From assembly GCA_038225855.1 (NCBI GenBank), contig JBBRQU010000016.1, positions 3,983 through 67,982 of the forward strand: a stretch of DNA of 64,000 bases, written 5' to 3'. Below, in pieces: positions 10,462 to 18,377 of this stretch. Positions within the stretch are counted from its first letter, which is position 1. Each line of letters opens with the position of its first letter. Source of the DNA: Burkholderiales bacterium. GTDB lineage: Bacteria > Pseudomonadota > Gammaproteobacteria > Burkholderiales > Burkholderiaceae_D. The position numbers were made by a program, and so were the translations under genes. The notes under the pieces are model-generated. The model was not told where the DNA came from and ran no database searches. It saw only the letters and a program-made list of their open reading frames with translations.

Positions 10462-12570
10462 TTATGGAAAATCTGCGCTGGTTCCGGTTTCCAATGCTAT
10501 CTGGTAGCGGCCGCCACCTTTCTGCTTGCATTGATAAAGGGCGGCGTCCGCCCGTTGAAGCAATTGCTCCGGCTCCTCTTGCTTGCCTTGATAAAAGGCA
10601 ATGCCGATGCTGGTACTGATATTTTTGATTTGACTGTTTGAAAAAGACTTGTCGGGGTCCGCTACCCAATGCTGGATTGCCCGCGCAATCCGTTCAGCCT
10701 GGTCTACGCTGGAAAGGTTTTCCAGGATGATCGTAAACTCGTCGCCTCCCAGACGCGCAACCGTGTCCGACGCACGCACCGTTTTTTTCAGATGCCTGGC
10801 AAACCGCCGCAATACGTCGTCACCGACCTGATGCCCGAAGGTGTCATTGATTTTCTTGAAATGGTCTAGGTCCATATACATCACCGCCATCAGTTTCTTC
10901 GAACGCTTCGAACGTATCATCGTCTGGCCAAGTCGATCGTTGAACAAGAGGCGATTCGGTATTCCCGTCAAAGCATCGTGCAAAGCGATGAACTTGAATT
11001 CGTGTCGTGATTTTTCCACGGCTTCCACGAGTGGATGCAATCGAATCCTGATTAACCAGAGGCTTCCGGCGATCAACAGCGCAAGAAACGGCAGCGCGGT
11101 CAGAAACTGCTTGCGGATTGGCGCGTACAACTCCCACATATCCATCTTTGTCGCCATGCCAAGACCGGTGGAGCCGATGGGACCCAATGCGGCCATGACC
11201 CGTTGACGACGAAAATCGGTAGTAAGGTCCGTCGCTGTTTCTCCGCGGGCTGCTCGCGTGAGCGGGAGCGCCTTGCCGTCGACATAGGCAGGATAGGTTC
11301 CCGCGTGATCGTTCCATCGAATTGGGAAGCAGACTTGCCTGTCGCCAGCAAGTCCGCACACGACCAGGTCGCCCGTCTCGCCGTGGCGCAACGCTTCCCG
11401 ATGCATGCGCGTGAGCTCGTTCATGGGTTGTTCCGCCAAAACGTAGCCGGAAAGCCCTGCGCTGTCGGTCAGCGGCAATCGGGTGCGAAGGATATAGCCG
11501 TCTTTCCACAGCAGTTCAGACGGATATTTACCGGCGATGGGAATTCTTATCTCCGGCTGTGAAACAAATTCCCCGTGCGAAGTCAGTATCTCGCTGTCTG
11601 GGCCGATATAGGCGAAGGCCGAAAAACCATGCATCAAAAACGATTGTGCGGACACGACCAAGGGCGAAAGCCTGGTCGTGTCCGGCCCGCTTTCATTCTG
11701 TACCAGATCGCGCACGAACGAGATGATTGCCGGTCGCGAACTGATCTGGATCGCCTGGTCGAGATGCAACTGCAGCACGCTCTCGAAGAAGTCGCGTCGG
11801 CCCTTTGCGACGATGCTCATCTGGTCCAGCATCAATTGTTCCGAGCTGGCCTGCGAAAACCCGAAAACGACAAAAGACACGGCAGCGACAATAATAACCA
11901 ACAAGACTTCCAGCGTCCGGTAAATATGATGCGAGGCGATTTCCTCGGCTGTTTCGACGTTCCATTGCGCGCCGGACCACACGCACCAGACTCCAAGCGC
12001 CACGATGATAAAATTGCAGGCGGTCGGAAATGCCATTCGCTCAGCGTGCGGCAGGACGTATAAGTAATCGATGTTTATTAGGAAACTCAGCGCGCCAATC
12101 ACACCTATGGCTGCGACCAGAGCAGTGAAAACCTGGATCACCGTGCCTGAAGCGGCCTGTTTGGATCGATCCGACGCGATGAGCAGAAATCCTGTTAAAA
12201 CGAAACCGACACCAGCTGCGGGATTCATCTGACCGGTGGACTTTTGCAAGCTGTTCAAATGAGTCGATGAAGTGCGAAGAATCGTTTCTCCAATGGCGAT
12301 ACCGCCAATCAATATAATGACAACCGCGCAAATCAGACGAAGCCGCGAAGCCCAGGAGTGGCTGATGAATGGTTGCAAGACGAGTGCGCCTCCCGTCAGT
12401 CCGAAACATAGCGCCGAGGTTATCGTCATCGGCACTCCGCCTACGCGCAGAGTGGTCAGGTTCGAAATACCGAAGCCCCAACCAATCAATATGGTCAAGC
12501 TCGATAGAAGCGCAACGACGCCGAAGAATGGCGCATGGGCCGTTGCAATGAGGTTGCGGCTCGATCGCAC
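10462..12570 (-). CDS. membrane sensor diguanylate cyclase (GGDEF domain)
   Basis: 702 aa with about 7 N-terminal TM segments. The C-terminal GGDEF domain (ALTGIPNRLLF...MDLDHFKKINDTFGH...RASDTVARLGGDEFTIIL) has an intact GGDEF motif and RxxD I-site. The start is GTG and uncertain. Markedly lower GC than its neighbours. Confidence 0.85.
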   Translation of the reverse strand: MRSSRNLIATAHAPFFGVVALLSSLTILIGWGFGISNLTTLRVGGVPMTITSALCFGLTGGALVLQPFISHSWASRLRLICAVVIILIGGIAIGETILRTSSTHLNSLQKSTGQMNPAAGVGFVLTGFLLIASDRSKQAASGTVIQVFTALVAAIGVIGALSFLINIDYLYVLPHAERMAFPTACNFIIVALGVWCVWSGAQWNVETAEEIASHHIYRTLEVLLVIIVAAVSFVVFGFSQASSEQLMLDQMSIVAKGRRDFFESVLQLHLDQAIQISSRPAIISFVRDLVQNESGPDTTRLSPLVVSAQSFLMHGFSAFAYIGPDSEILTSHGEFVSQPEIRIPIAGKYPSELLWKDGYILRTRLPLTDSAGLSGYVLAEQPMNELTRMHREALRHGETGDLVVCGLAGDRQVCFPIRWNDHAGTYPAYVDGKALPLTRAARGETATDLTTDFRRQRVMAALGPIGSTGLGMATKMDMWELYAPIRKQFLTALPFLALLIAGSLWLIRIRLHPLVEAVEKSRHEFKFIALHDALTGIPNRLLFNDRLGQTMIRSKRSKKLMAVMYMDLDHFKKINDTFGHQVGDDVLRRFARHLKKTVRASDTVARLGGDEFTIILENLSSVDQAERIARAIQHWVADPDKSFSNSQIKNISTSIGIAFYQGKQEEPEQLLQRADAALYQCKQKGGGRYQIALETGTSADFP

Positions 12571-12722
12571 TAAACGAAGTCCTCTTTGCCGGCGCTCGGC
12601 GACGGTGATATGCGCCGCAGCGATGAACGCATGAGTAACGCCACCTGCAATGAATCTCGGGCGGCTGGATGCAAGATTAGTCCATTTGTTATTTTCACCG
12701 AGCGCCCGGGGAATACGGTCCC

Positions 12723-13805
12723 ATGAATGAAATTGCCGAGGAATCGTCGGCCTCGCCCGTGGTCCTTCGCAAAGCGACGGTGCTCGACCTGGCGCACTGC
12801 GACACCATCATTGATGCGCGAACACCGGCCGAGTTCGCGCTCGACCACATTCCGGGGGCGATCAATTGTCCCGTGCTCTCCAACGACGAGCGCGTCGAGG
12901 TCGGCACGATGTACAACCAACAGGGCGCGTTCGACGCGCGCCGCGTGGGCGGCGCGATGGTCGCCGCGAACCTCGCCACTCACTTGCGCGCGACGTTCGC
13001 CGACCAGCCGCGCGACTGGAAGCCGATCGTCTATTGCTGGCGTGGCGGGTTGCGCAGCGGCGCGATGGTGCAATGGATGCGCCTCGTCGGATGGGATGCG
13101 CGCCAGTTGAGCGGCGGCTACCAGCGATGGCGCAAGCACGTGATTGCGCTGATCGAAACCCTCGCGCCACGACTTGATTTGCGCGTGTTGTGCGGCCCGA
13201 CCGGCAGCGCCAAGACGCGCATCCTCGCCGCGCTCGCCGACGCGGGCGCACAGACGCTCGACCTCGAAGCCTGCGCGGACCACAAGGGCTCGGTGCTGGG
13301 CGGCGTACCGGGCATCGAGCAGCCCTCGCAGAAGCAATTCGAAACGCGCATCGCGATGATCCTCGAAAAAGTCGATGCAACGCGCCCGCTCTACGTCGAG
13401 GCTGAGAGCCGAAAAATTGGACGCCTCGCGGTGCCCACGCCGCTGCTGTCGCGTCTACGCGAAAGCCCTTGCATTGCAATCGATGCGGGTGCGAACGCGC
13501 GCGTCGGATATCTCCTGCGCGACTATGCCTATTTGGGCGATGAGCCCGAGACTCTCGCGTTTCAGATCGGGCAGCTGCATGAATTGCATTCGAAGGAAAC
13601 CATTGCTCGCTGGCAACAATGGTCGCGCGCGCGCGCACTTGCGCCGCTATTTGCCGAATTGCTCACGCTCCACTACGACCCGCAATACGCGCGATCTCAG
13701 GGCCGCCATCTGCAGCGCTTGAACGATGCGCGACGCGTCGAGTGGACCACGCTCGACGACACCGAGCTCGCCGCGCTCTGCGAGCGGATCGTTGCAATGG
13801 GCTAA
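12723..13805 (+). CDS. selU: tRNA 2-selenouridine(34) synthase
   Basis: 360 aa. Rhodanese domain with the active Cys in IVYCWRGGLRSG. P-loop LCGPTGSAKTRIL. The family-typical HKGSVLGG is present. Confidence 0.85.
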   Translation: MNEIAEESSASPVVLRKATVLDLAHCDTIIDARTPAEFALDHIPGAINCPVLSNDERVEVGTMYNQQGAFDARRVGGAMVAANLATHLRATFADQPRDWKPIVYCWRGGLRSGAMVQWMRLVGWDARQLSGGYQRWRKHVIALIETLAPRLDLRVLCGPTGSAKTRILAALADAGAQTLDLEACADHKGSVLGGVPGIEQPSQKQFETRIAMILEKVDATRPLYVEAESRKIGRLAVPTPLLSRLRESPCIAIDAGANARVGYLLRDYAYLGDEPETLAFQIGQLHELHSKETIARWQQWSRARALAPLFAELLTLHYDPQYARSQGRHLQRLNDARRVEWTTLDDTELAALCERIVAMG

Positions 13806-14020
13806 GTACACGGACACTGTCAACGAGGCCATTCGCCAAGCACGCACCGTCCCGAGGCGATGCGGTGTCCTGCAAATCGATTGGAACGTCAAAATTTTTG
13901 TCCATGAGGCGGTATTCGCCGCGAGGCGGAATCGACTCGCTTGGGAAATTCAACTGAGACACTACCCAACGCCCGCTTCGTTGGCCACCTCCGCCACAGT
14001 GCGTTAAACTGCGTGTCCCG

Positions 14021-14115
14021 CGTCAAGGAGCGTTGCGACGAGTCGAGCATCGACTCTGCCAGGCTTGACGCATCGCGAATTTTCAGAACACGTTCGCGAT
14101 GGCAACGGCGCTCAC
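14021..14115 (+). promoter_or_regulatory. SAH (S-adenosylhomocysteine) riboswitch
   Basis: P1 is GTCAAG (14022-27) with CTTGAC (14064-69). P2 is GAGTCGA (14040-46) with TCGACTC (14050-56). P4 is CATCGCGAA (14071-79) with TTCGCGATG (14093-101). The conserved pseudoknot strands are AGGAGCGTTGC (5') and GCAACGGCGCTCAC (3'). It sits directly upstream of ahcY, the classic genomic context. Confidence 0.85.
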
Positions 14116-14144
14116 GACCTTCATTCGAAAGAAAGGAGCGCGTG

Positions 14145-15614
14145 ATGAGCGCCGTTCTCAAGTCCACCTCTGCTTCCCATTCCGCACCCACCGGCTTCGC
14201 CGACTTCGAGGTCGCCGACCTTGCGCTTGCCGCATGGGGCAGGAAGGAAATCTCGATCGCCCAGACCGAGATGCCCGGCCTGATGGCGATACGCGACGAG
14301 TTCGCAAACAGCCAGCCGCTCGCCGGCGCATATGTCACCGGCTCGCTGCACATGACGATCCAGACCGCGGTGCTGATCGAGACACTGCAGGCGCTGGGTG
14401 CCGAAGTGCGCTGGGCGTCGTGCAACATCTTCTCGACGCAAGATCATGCGGCCGCGGCGATCGCGATCAATGGACACAAGGGCCGCGGCACGTCCGTGTT
14501 CGCGATCAAGGGCGAATCGCTGGCCGACTATTGGGACTACACGCATCGCATCTTCGAATGGCCTGCCGACACAAACGGCGCCGTCTATTCGAACATGATC
14601 CTCGACGATGGCGGCGACGCGACCCTGCTCTTGCATCTGGGGGCGCGCGCCGAACGGGATGCCTCGCTGATCGCCAAGCCCACCAGCGAGGAAGAGACCG
14701 AACTCTACGCGGCGATCAAGGCCAAGCTCGCGATCGATCCGAGCTGGTATTCGACGCGCCTTGCGCACATCAAGGGCGTGACCGAGGAGACCACGACAGG
14801 CGTGCATCGCCTCTACGAAATGCACAAGAAGGGCGAGCTCAAGTTCCCCGCGATCAACGTCAACGACTCGGTCACGAAGTCCAAGTTCGACAATCTCTAC
14901 GGCTGTCGTGAATCTCTGGTCGATGCCATCAAGCGCGCCACCGACGTGATGATCGCCGGCAAGGTCGCCGTCGTTGCAGGTTACGGCGACGTGGGCAAGG
15001 GTAGCGCGCAGGCGCTGCGCGCGTTGTCGGCGCAGGTGTGGATCACCGAGGTCGATCCGATCTGCGCGTTGCAGGCCGCGATGGAGGGTTATCGCGTCGT
15101 GACGATGGATTACGCGGCCGACAAGGGCGATATCTTCGTGACCGCGACCGGCAATTACAGAGTCATCACGCACGGCCACATGGCGAAGATGAAGAACCAG
15201 GCGATCGTCTGCAACATCGGTCACTTCGACAACGAGATCGATGTCGCATCGCTCGAGCATTACGAGTGGGACGAGATCAAGCCGCAGGTCGATCACATCG
15301 AGTTTCCCGACGGCAAGAAGATCATCCTGCTCGCCCGGGGTCGGCTCGTGAATCTCGGTTGCGGCACGGGACATCCGAGCTATGTGATGAGCTCGTCGTT
15401 CGCGAACCAGACGATCGCGCAGATCGAGTTGTGGACCAAGAACGCCGACTATCCGGTAGGCGTCTATGTGCTGCCCAAGCATCTCGACGAGAAGGTCGCG
15501 CGCCTGCAGTTGCAGAAGCTGGGCGCGATGCTCACCGCGCTCACGCCCGAGCAGGCCGGCTATATCGGCGTCGAGCGCGAAGGGCCGTACAAGAAGGACA
15601 CGTATCGGTATTGA
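14145..15614 (+). CDS. ahcY: adenosylhomocysteinase
   Basis: Start at the internal ATG 14145, preceded by the SD AAAGGAG. The track start 13941 would read through the riboswitch. [61 protein letters not shown]. Confidence 0.95.
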   Translation: MSAVLKSTSASHSAPTGFADFEVADLALAAWGRKEISIAQTEMPGLMAIRDEFANSQPLAGAYVTGSLHMTIQTAVLIETLQALGAEVRWASCNIFSTQDHAAAAIAINGHKGRGTSVFAIKGESLADYWDYTHRIFEWPADTNGAVYSNMILDDGGDATLLLHLGARAERDASLIAKPTSEEETELYAAIKAKLAIDPSWYSTRLAHIKGVTEETTTGVHRLYEMHKKGELKFPAINVNDSVTKSKFDNLYGCRESLVDAIKRATDVMIAGKVAVVAGYGDVGKGSAQALRALSAQVWITEVDPICALQAAMEGYRVVTMDYAADKGDIFVTATGNYRVITHGHMAKMKNQAIVCNIGHFDNEIDVASLEHYEWDEIKPQVDHIEFPDGKKIILLARGRLVNLGCGTGHPSYVMSSSFANQTIAQIELWTKNADYPVGVYVLPKHLDEKVARLQLQKLGAMLTALTPEQAGYIGVEREGPYKKDTYRY

Positions 15615-15638
15615 TGGGACGCATCGGACCCTGACCGG

Positions 15639-15719
15639 GTCGTCGCCCCGGCGAAGGCCGGGGTCCAAGTGTTGCGCCGCTTCGCGAACTTGGGTCCCGG
15701 CCTGCGCCGGGATGACGTC
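15639..15719. repeat. REP-like palindromic unit pair (inverted, BIME-like)
   Basis: Unit A is GTCGTCGCCCCGGCGAAGGCCGGGGTCCAAG (15639-15669). Unit B reads GACGTCATCCCGGCGCAGGCCGGGACCCAAG on the reverse complement (15689-15719). The spacer is 19 nt. The pair starts 25 nt after the ahcY stop. Confidence 0.6.
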
Positions 15720-15739
15720 AAAGGCGGCATCGACGTCGA

Positions 15740-16096
15740 ATGGAAAACCTCATGCGCCTCATCCTCGTCTGGCTGATCAACGCGGTCGCGTTGCTCGCTG
15801 TGCCCTATGTGATCCCGTCGATTAGCGTCGACAGCTTCACGACCGCGCTGATCGCGGCGCTCGTGCTCGGCCTGATCAACGCGATCGTGCGACCGATCCT
15901 CGTGATCCTCACGTTGCCGGTTACGCTGCTCACGCTCGGGCTCTTCATCTTCGTGATCAACGGCCTCCTGTTCTGGTTCGTGGGCGACATCCTGACGGGC
16001 TTTCATGTCGGCGGCTTCTGGTCCGGCGTGTTCGGATCGATCGTGTTTTCGGTGATTTCGTGGCTGCTGTCGGCGGTCCTGTTGCGCAATGACTGA
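15740..16096 (+). CDS. DUF360 / phage holin 4_2 family membrane protein (YvlD-like)
   Basis: 118 aa with 3-4 TM segments. LINAVALLAVPYVIPSISVDSFTTALIAALVLGLINAIVRPIL...LFWFVGDILTGFHVGGFW is the typical family pattern. An alternative start is ATG 15752. It overlaps metF by 8 nt. Confidence 0.65.
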   Translation: MENLMRLILVWLINAVALLAVPYVIPSISVDSFTTALIAALVLGLINAIVRPILVILTLPVTLLTLGLFIFVINGLLFWFVGDILTGFHVGGFWSGVFGSIVFSVISWLLSAVLLRND

Positions 16097-16940
16097 AGCA
16101 CCGTCCATCAGTTTCGAATTCTTTCCGCCCCGCACTGCCGACGGCGCCGAAAAACTGCGGGTCGTACGGCGCGAGCTCTCGACCTTGCGGCCCGAGTTCT
16201 TTTCGGTGACTTTCGGCGCCGGCGGCTCGACGCGCGAGGGCACGCTCCTTACGGTGACCGAAATGCATCGCGAGAATGTGGCTGCCGCTCCGCACCTTTC
16301 GTGCGTGGGTGCATCGCGAGACGAGATGCGCGACACGCTGCTTCACTATCGCGAGCTGGGCATCAGGCGTCTCGTCGCGCTGCGCGGCGATCAGCCTTCG
16401 GGCAGCGGCGCGTCGGGCGCCGGCGACTTTCGTTACGCCCGCGATCTGGTCGAGTTCGTGCGCGCCGAAACCGGCGACTGGTTCCACATCGAAGTGGCCG
16501 CCTATCCCGAGATGCATCCGCAAGCGAAATCGCCTGCGGATGATCTTGCGAACCTCGCTGCGAAGTTCAAGGCCGGCGCCGACTCGGCGATCACGCAGTA
16601 CTTCTACAACGCCGACGCCTACTTCCGCCTGGTCGATGCAGCGAGTGCGCTGGGCCTCGATGCGGCGATCGTGCCCGGCATCATGCCGATCACCAACTTC
16701 ACGCAGCTCGCGCGTTTCTCCGAGGGCTGCGGCGCAGAGATTCCGCGCTGGATGCGACTGAAGCTCGCGTCATTCGGAGACGACAGCGCGTCGATTCGCG
16801 CCTTCGGGCTCGATGTCGTCAGCGCGTTGTGCGCGCGTCTGCTCGAAGGCGGCGCGCGCGGACTGCACTTCTACACGCTCAACCAGTCGGGTGCCTCGAC
16901 GGCGATCTGCAATCGTCTGGGCCGCAGATTGGAAGCGTAA
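16089..16940 (+). CDS. metF: methylenetetrahydrofolate reductase
   Basis: ISFEFFPPRT..., FSVTFGAGGSTR, HLSCVG, RRLVALRGD, FYTLNQ. 283 aa. Confidence 0.93.
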   Translation: MTEAPSISFEFFPPRTADGAEKLRVVRRELSTLRPEFFSVTFGAGGSTREGTLLTVTEMHRENVAAAPHLSCVGASRDEMRDTLLHYRELGIRRLVALRGDQPSGSGASGAGDFRYARDLVEFVRAETGDWFHIEVAAYPEMHPQAKSPADDLANLAAKFKAGADSAITQYFYNADAYFRLVDAASALGLDAAIVPGIMPITNFTQLARFSEGCGAEIPRWMRLKLASFGDDSASIRAFGLDVVSALCARLLEGGARGLHFYTLNQSGASTAICNRLGRRLEA

Positions 16941-17054
16941 AGCGCGCGCGGCGCTGCGTACTCCGACAAGCCCAAGCCATCGATCAAGATTCGGCGCCGG
17001 CTGCCGACATAGAACGGTATCGCCCATTGCCGGCTTCGTCTTGCGTCGCTCTTC

Positions 17055-18377
17055 ATGCTCAGAAACAGTATCCAGATATCGGTGGACCAGATCCGCATCG
17101 GCATGTTCATCGCCGGGTTGGACCGCGCATGGCGGGAAACGCCGTTCATGCTGCAGGGGTTCCGCGTCGCCGATCGATCCGACATCGACGCGCTAAAGCA
17201 GGAATGCGCGACGGTCACGATCGACCCCAAGCATTCGGTTCCGGGGTCGTTCGAGCACTTGTCCGACCTGCATGTTCCCGAGCGCCGCTTCGACGCGCTT
17301 GGCTGGATCAAGCGCGTGCGCGAGCGCTTCGGCATGTTCGGCGCCGCGTCCGAAAAGGTGGCCCGTGAACGCGAAGCGCTGGGGCTGATTCCCCCGGGCA
17401 TTGTGCCGACGATTTACGGCGAGATGAAACCGATCGACGCGGAAATCGGGCGCGCCGAAGAGGTCTATCGAGACGCCGATGCGACGCTCGATCTGATCGC
17501 AAGGCAGGTGGCCGACGGCGAGAAGGTCAATCTCGAAGCGATCGGCGGCGCGGTCGAAAACATGGTCGAGAGCGCGATCGCCAATCCCGATGCGCTGATG
17601 TGGGTGGCGCGGATTCGAACCGAAGACTCGGCCACCTATGCGCACGGCGTGAAGGTTGCGGTATACCTTCTTCAGTTGGGCCGGCATCTCGGCTTTCCCC
17701 CCGAGCAACTCGGCAACCTCGGCGCGATCGGTCTCTTGCTCGACCTGGGCAAGATCAAGGTCGATCGCGATCTGTTGCTCAAAGAGGGGAAGCTCACGAC
17801 GGCCGAGTTCATCCAGATCAAGCGGCATGTCGCGCTCGGCGTCAACGCGCTAGAAGAATCGGGCAACGTGCATCCCGACGTGCGCGACGGCATCGTGCAA
17901 CATCACGAGAGGCTCGATGGCAGCGGTTATCCGAACGGCCTGTCGGGTACGCAGATCAGCATCTACGGCCGCATGGCCGCCGTCGCCGATTCGTTTGCGG
18001 CGATGACTTCGCTTCGTCGATACGCGCAACCGCTGCCGGCCTACGATGCGCTCAAGATTCTCTATGCACAGGGCGGCACGCATTACCACGCCCCGCTGGT
18101 CGAGCAATTCGTGCAGGCGATCGGCGTGTTTCCTGCGGGCTCGCTGGTTGAATTGTCGTCCGGCGAGGTGGCGACCGTGCTCGCCCACAACCGCGTACGT
18201 CGCCTCGAGCCGCGCGTGCTCGTGTTGACCGATCCCGCAAAGAAGCCGATCCACGAGCCCATGCCGCTCGATCTTCTCTTGCAACCGAAAGCCGCCGACG
18301 GCGCCGACATCAAGATCGTGCGTGGCCTGCCGACCGGCGCCTACGGCCTCGATCTCAGGCAATTCTATTTCGCATGA
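17055..18377 (+). CDS. HD-GYP domain c-di-GMP phosphodiesterase with DUF3391-like N-terminus
   Basis: 440 aa. N-terminus ISVDQIRIGMFIAGLDRAW. HD-GYP core HGVKVAVY...LLLDLGKIKV...HHERLDGSGYPNGL. Confidence 0.88.
   Translation: MLRNSIQISVDQIRIGMFIAGLDRAWRETPFMLQGFRVADRSDIDALKQECATVTIDPKHSVPGSFEHLSDLHVPERRFDALGWIKRVRERFGMFGAASEKVAREREALGLIPPGIVPTIYGEMKPIDAEIGRAEEVYRDADATLDLIARQVADGEKVNLEAIGGAVENMVESAIANPDALMWVARIRTEDSATYAHGVKVAVYLLQLGRHLGFPPEQLGNLGAIGLLLDLGKIKVDRDLLLKEGKLTTAEFIQIKRHVALGVNALEESGNVHPDVRDGIVQHHERLDGSGYPNGLSGTQISIYGRMAAVADSFAAMTSLRRYAQPLPAYDALKILYAQGGTHYHAPLVEQFVQAIGVFPAGSLVELSSGEVATVLAHNRVRRLEPRVLVLTDPAKKPIHEPMPLDLLLQPKAADGADIKIVRGLPTGAYGLDLRQFYFA

Noticed and set aside
13941-14144. 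Upstream extension of ahcY (track start 13941)
   Set aside because: It would translate straight through the SAH riboswitch. An internal ATG at 14145 has a strong SD and gives a normal AhcY N-terminus.
15740-16096. A phage holin family protein as a hint of a prophage or lysis cassette
   Set aside because: No endolysin, spanin or other phage gene is nearby. The gene is embedded in the ahcY-metF methyl-cycle operon. The family (DUF360) is widespread in non-phage contexts.
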